Positions 58,941 to 64,000 of a stretch of DNA of 64,000 nt are shown here, one piece after another. This DNA comes from Octopus sinensis (lineage: Eukaryota), in NCBI RefSeq assembly GCF_006345805.1, contig NC_043022.1:17732001-17796000 (forward strand), given 5' to 3'. Numbering within the stretch: the first letter of the stretch is position 1; each line of letters opens with the position of its first letter. The notes beneath the pieces were generated by a model. That model ran no database searches, was not told the DNA's origin, and saw nothing but the letters and a program-made list of their open reading frames with translations. Position numbers and translations under genes: made by a program.

Positions 58941-61320
58941 TTGTCACAGTGGTACTGTGTTGTTGACAAAAAAAGAGCCACAACCTGGTTTTCAATCTCC
59001 AGCCAGAACTCTTTGTAAAGGCATGACTACCACAACATTCAATTTTCTCCTTTCTTCTTCTTCTTTTTCTCATATTATATATAAGCTGAAGTTTTGTACC
59101 TTTGTAAGATATTTACTGTTGATTGCTGTGAAGCAAGAAATAAGCTGAGTCTGTGATTTGGGTTTTCAATTTCTTTCATTCAGTCCAATTTCCTCTCCTA
59201 ATGTCCTTAATATTATCAAGAAAGGCCATTAACTTATCTCGTTTCTTTCTATAAATAGGCATAAGAAATCACCATAATAGTGATGGGGCCTGTAGCGTGG
59301 GCCTAAATTTAGGGGGCACACTACATTTATTGTATGAAAATTACTTCTTAATCTGACACGAATTACATCATTAATGTTATTGGGAAACGGGATGAAGATC
59401 ACAGATTCTCATTTTCTTCTCCTCTTTAAAATGTTTTATGTCTGGTGGTGGGGATAGTGAGTTACTTAAGTCTTTGGAATATGTCAAGGGCGAAGAGTTG
59501 GCAGAATCAGTAGAGCATCAGACAATATGGTTTGCACCTTTTACTGTTTGTGTTTTCAGATTTTAGGTTCAAATCTCATTCAGGTTAACTTTGCGCTTCA
59601 TCCTTTCAGTGTTCATCAGAGAACCATTGAAACGGTGAGGTTGATGGAGTTGGTTGTTCCAACATTCCAAATCTAGAAATATGATTGAACCAATTCTAAA
59701 ACTAAAGCCACGGCAGCAATTGGACTGAAACCGAACTGTCAAGCCTCTTGTACCCCACCCCACTTACTATTAAGTAGGCTGTCCTTACAAATAAACCCTA
59801 TTTTAGTAGTGATGGTCACAGCAACCAATCTTCTTCACAACTTGTTCACCTCGGGTGTCATGTCCTCACAATAATCTTTTTGATATGATTATTATTCTTT
59901 TAAGTTGGGGGTTTTGCTGGAACTCTTGGAGTCTTGCATGATTAGATGGTTTGCTACCTGCAGCCTCTGGTACCATGCTATCCATTCTTTTCAGCTAATA
60001 CTCTCCTGATGGTTCTGGCCATGCCAAGGAAGCAAACCAGCTCTCCTGGCCACCCTATTCCAATTTCCTTGATATTGCCTTCTCATACTATGCCCCTAAC
60101 AACAATAACTGCCACTATCTTCCTTCACTTTCCACAGTAGAACCATTTTGTACTTAAGAGGATTGTATACATCTATTTTTTCGTTTCTTTTGTCTTCCTT
60201 CTTAAGCTAAGAGGAATATCTGAATCAGTGGAGCAATGGCCAAAATGTTAGTTACATCCCTTCATCTTCTGATTTCAAATCTTGCCAAGGTTGACTTTAC
60301 CTTTCATCCTTCTGGGATTGATAAAATAAGTACCATTCGCATACTAGGGTCAATCTAGTTGTCTCCCCTAAAAGGGTGGCCCTTATGTTTCTGTTAGAAA
60401 TCCAGAGGTTTTGGTGATGTGGCAGAAATGGTAAGGCACCAGATTTCCCTTTTTATTGTTAGTTCAGATCTTACCAGGGTTGATTACAGCCTTTCTCCAA
60501 AACTGGTAGATTTGTGCCCCATTTAAGAGTCCCTGTAATCTGTTTCTAATAGTTGAGGAAAGCTTTGGCCCTTTACATTTTGTGTTCAAATCCTGCTGAT
60601 GTCAAGTTTGCCATTCATTTCATTGTCCTGGGCCAGTATAAATAAAAAGAACCCCATATAATATAAATGGGGGGGGGCAGCAAGTCGGCAGAATTGTTAG
60701 CACCCAGGGCCTGAGTTCATATTCTGCTGTGGTTGACTTTGCCTTTCATCCTTTCTGGGTCGATAAAATAAGTACCAGTTGCACACTGGGGTCAGTGTGT
60801 AATTGACTTACCCTTTCCCCCAAATTTGAAACCAATAATAGGGGTTGTTGCAACTAAAACTCAGCCATTGACTCCAGTTTGAAATCTTTGTTATTAACGG
60901 ATGAATCAATAAGACACTAAACTCATACCTCTTGGTATTTACTTCCCTCCTTGCACCTGGTTGTGTTTAAATTCTGTTTTGCTCAACTTTGACTTCCATC
61001 CACCCACCCAGGATCAATGAACTACATACCAGTAATATACTATGGTCAACATAAAACCTTCCTTCTTTAAGGTAAAAATCAATGATTTAGGTGTTACCGT
61101 GTGACTTCTTCAATAGACATGTTCTTACAAAAAAGGCATCAATGCCACAACTACTCATTTCTTTGCATTGTCTGCAGAGAAAGTGGGAAAGGATCAGTTT
61201 GACTGAACTTTAAAGTACATGAAACAAATCTGGTACTTTTAAAGTAGGTGAAACACATACAGTGCTTTTAAAACATGATGATGATGATGATGATAAGAGT
61301 GTGTATGTATATTATCTATG

Positions 61321-61406
61321 TATATATGTACATGTATGTATATAATATAGGCATGTATGTGTGTATATATGTACATGTATGTATATAATATAGGCATGTA
61401 TGTGTG
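61321..61406. repeat. 43-bp tandem duplication of TA/TG-rich sequence
   Basis: tatatatgtacatgtatgtatataatataggcatgtatgtgtg occurs twice. Confidence 0.95.
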
Positions 61407-63501
61407 TATATATGTTTTATCAGTCTGGTTTTCTAAGAACCAACCCACCCATGTCCCTGTGATTCTGGCCCCTACATCACACCCTATTCTTCTGATGTTC
61501 AGAATCTTGAACAACTGGAACAATCCAACATTAGTTCACCATTCAGAAGAGATGATGATGATGATACATATATATATATTTATTTGTACACACACACATC
61601 AGATAATATATATGTACATTATATATACCGCCATAACAGTATAGTAATTCCATATATACACACACACACACACTACTATGAAACAGTGAGAATGAGTGCT
61701 CAACATTGTATTTGGTGGATATTCTCTTTTTGTGGGTTAACAAGGCTACCAATGGTTTCAGGTGACAAGCTCGATAATTGAGAGATTTCTCTCTACATGA
61801 AATCATTGGTAGCCTTGTTAAATAAAGTGTGTTTATATATAATATTGTGGTGGTTTATATTATGCGTAGGTGTTTTTGTATATACATGTGTGTGTGTATA
61901 ACTATAAAGGGGAGAGATGATGATGATAATAGCAAAGGAATTTGTATTTTTTTCTTGTGAAGTGGAGGAGGGGGAGTCTGGAGAAGATTCTTCATTGAGA
62001 AGCTTGTGTCTTACGCACCATGCATCCACACTAACATTCAATGACATATCAAACACCACACACACACACAGACACCCACACTCTGGTATGTATTCATTGT
62101 ATCACTGACACTCACACAGCTGTAGGGTCCCAAACACCCTCATAATTATTTCTATGTATCACATGTCTGTTGGCAGTCAATACATACAAAAATGTTGCTA
62201 CACACACACACACTGATATGAACATATGTCAATACATTTTCTTACATAATATCACACACACATTACACAAAATTGTTGGTATTGAGTGTTTTTAAAAAAG
62301 AAATCCTGTCCACATTGTTAATGAAAACAAATTTAAATTTTCTTTTAAAAATGTCTCCTGTCTGTGTGTTTATTTCTTTCCTGTGTCCAGAAAATTCACC
62401 AAAAGAAATTTCTCTCTGGAGACAATGATCAAGTGTATTATATCAACAATTTATTAAATAATAAAAAGTGAGAGAATGATAAAAGGCTTTCTAAATGCAT
62501 TGAATAGGCAAATCTTTATTCAACACGAGGCATTAAAAACCACAATCAGGCCATATCAGATGAAATTTCTTCTGGTGAATTTCCTTTCAGCTAAAATGTT
62601 TTCAGTGAAGTTTCCTAAGATCTTGAAATATTTTTATAAAATTGATTTTCAGAAAGTTTGGATGGTGAAATAGACTGAGTGGAAGAGATAATAGTTGACA
62701 GGGGCTGGGTTTAATGTGGGCTTGAATGGTTGATAAGTAGGGATGACGATATCCTGTTTGATCTTCCTCAGTATCCTCTTCTGTATCCATGAAGGGGCTT
62801 CCCCATTACACTTGCCCCATCTCCCTTACAGAAGCAATTTTGGTATCGTAACATTGTGGTTGTTGCAAACATTCACTGAAGCTTCATATCTATCTATATT
62901 TATTCTATTCTTTTACTTGTTTCAGTCATTTGATTGCAACCATGCTGGAGCACCACCTTAAATGGGTTTTTTAAGTCAAAGAAATCAACCCAAGGATTAT
63001 ATTCTTTGTAAGCCTTAGTACTTATTCTATCGGTCTCTTTTGCCAAACTGCTAAGTTACATGGATGTAAACACTCTAACATTAGTTGTTTAGCGAGGGTG
63101 GCAGGGGGGAATCAGTCCGATTTGGGGAAAACGGAATTTTTTAAATGTCTGTCCTTGTTTCAATACACTACGTAATTCTAGTGAAAAATATGATGTGTAG
63201 TTGGACAATCCAAGAAAATGTTTTTCTTTTGCCCTTATTTATAATTCTATATACATGAAGGGCCTCTTTCAGTTTTGGTCTCCAAAGTCCACTTACAAGA
63301 CTTTGGTTGGAATGACAGCTGGTCTTTCTTAAGAATATTTAAAAAAAATTTTCTGAAGATGACAGAAAAAACAAATTAAGACAAAAAGTTTTACTTTCAT
63401 CTTAATCAGTTTTGAACGTTGGTCGGGATGTCTTCCAGTTCCTTGTCTGTGCACAACTTTAACCATTGGCCTACTGGGTCCTCTGTTAAGGCAAAAATAA
63501 G

Positions 63502-63785
63502 ATCATCATCATCATTTCCTTTTTTAGCGTCCGTTTTCCATGCTAGCATGGGTTGGACGGTTCTACTGGGGTCTGGGGAGCCAGAAGGCTTCATCAGGCC
63601 CAGTCAAATCTGGCAGTGTTTCTACGGCTGGATGCCCTTCCTAACGCCAACCACTCCGTGAGTGTAGTGGGTGCTTTTTACGTGCCACCCGCACTGGTGC
63701 CAGACAGAGCTGGCAAACGGCCACGAACGGATGGTGCTTTTTATGTGCCACCGGCACGAGGGCCAGGCGAGGCTGGCAACGGACG
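63502..63785 (-). mobile_element. Young short RTE 3'-end copy
   Basis: Close match to 53739-53960, CpGs retained, (ATG)n tail. Confidence 0.9.
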
Positions 63786-64000
63786 AATAACGAAAATAGG
63801 TTTAGATATCCTATTTTGAAACTGATTTCAGCTGTTGCACTGATGGTTGTGTGGTGTAGGTAGAAGTTTCAACTTGTCCCATAAAGATGCTTGTTTAACA
63901 TTGAAAAAAAAAAATTTATAGAGACATAAAAAAAAAGAAAATTATATATAAAGGGAAATTTATGATACAATTTTCATTTGCACTCTGCCCTGAACCCTGG

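Overview
AT-rich, microsatellite- and repeat-dense eukaryotic DNA. The SINE and RTE families look like those of an octopod cephalopod (inferred from the repeat sequences, not confirmed), so most of the short ORFs in the supplied track are noise. The only well-supported host gene is a + strand MBOAT-family lysophospholipid acyltransferase (LPCAT3/MBOAT5, nessy-like). I resolved 11 coding exons with canonical GT-AG ends and consistent phases between 28621 and 52029, encoding about 433 aa. The ATG exon was not found, and an intron appears to start 6 nt after the stop codon. The rest is transposon material: a fossil Ty3/Gypsy pol, R4/Dong-type LINE fragments in (TAA)n, several RTE LINE copies and derivatives, hAT, Tigger and piggyBac-type MITEs, Helentron-type MITEs and at least three tRNA-derived SINE families. 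The most notable structures are a three-level nest (SINE > Tc1 > young RTE) in the 3'UTR intron, a near-perfect 112-bp-arm hairpin made of two RTE 3' ends, a divergent LPCAT3 sequence, and an unexplained poly-Ala exon-like segment at 58227. No CRISPR array, rRNA or true tRNA gene was seen, and I found no clear-cut new biological system.
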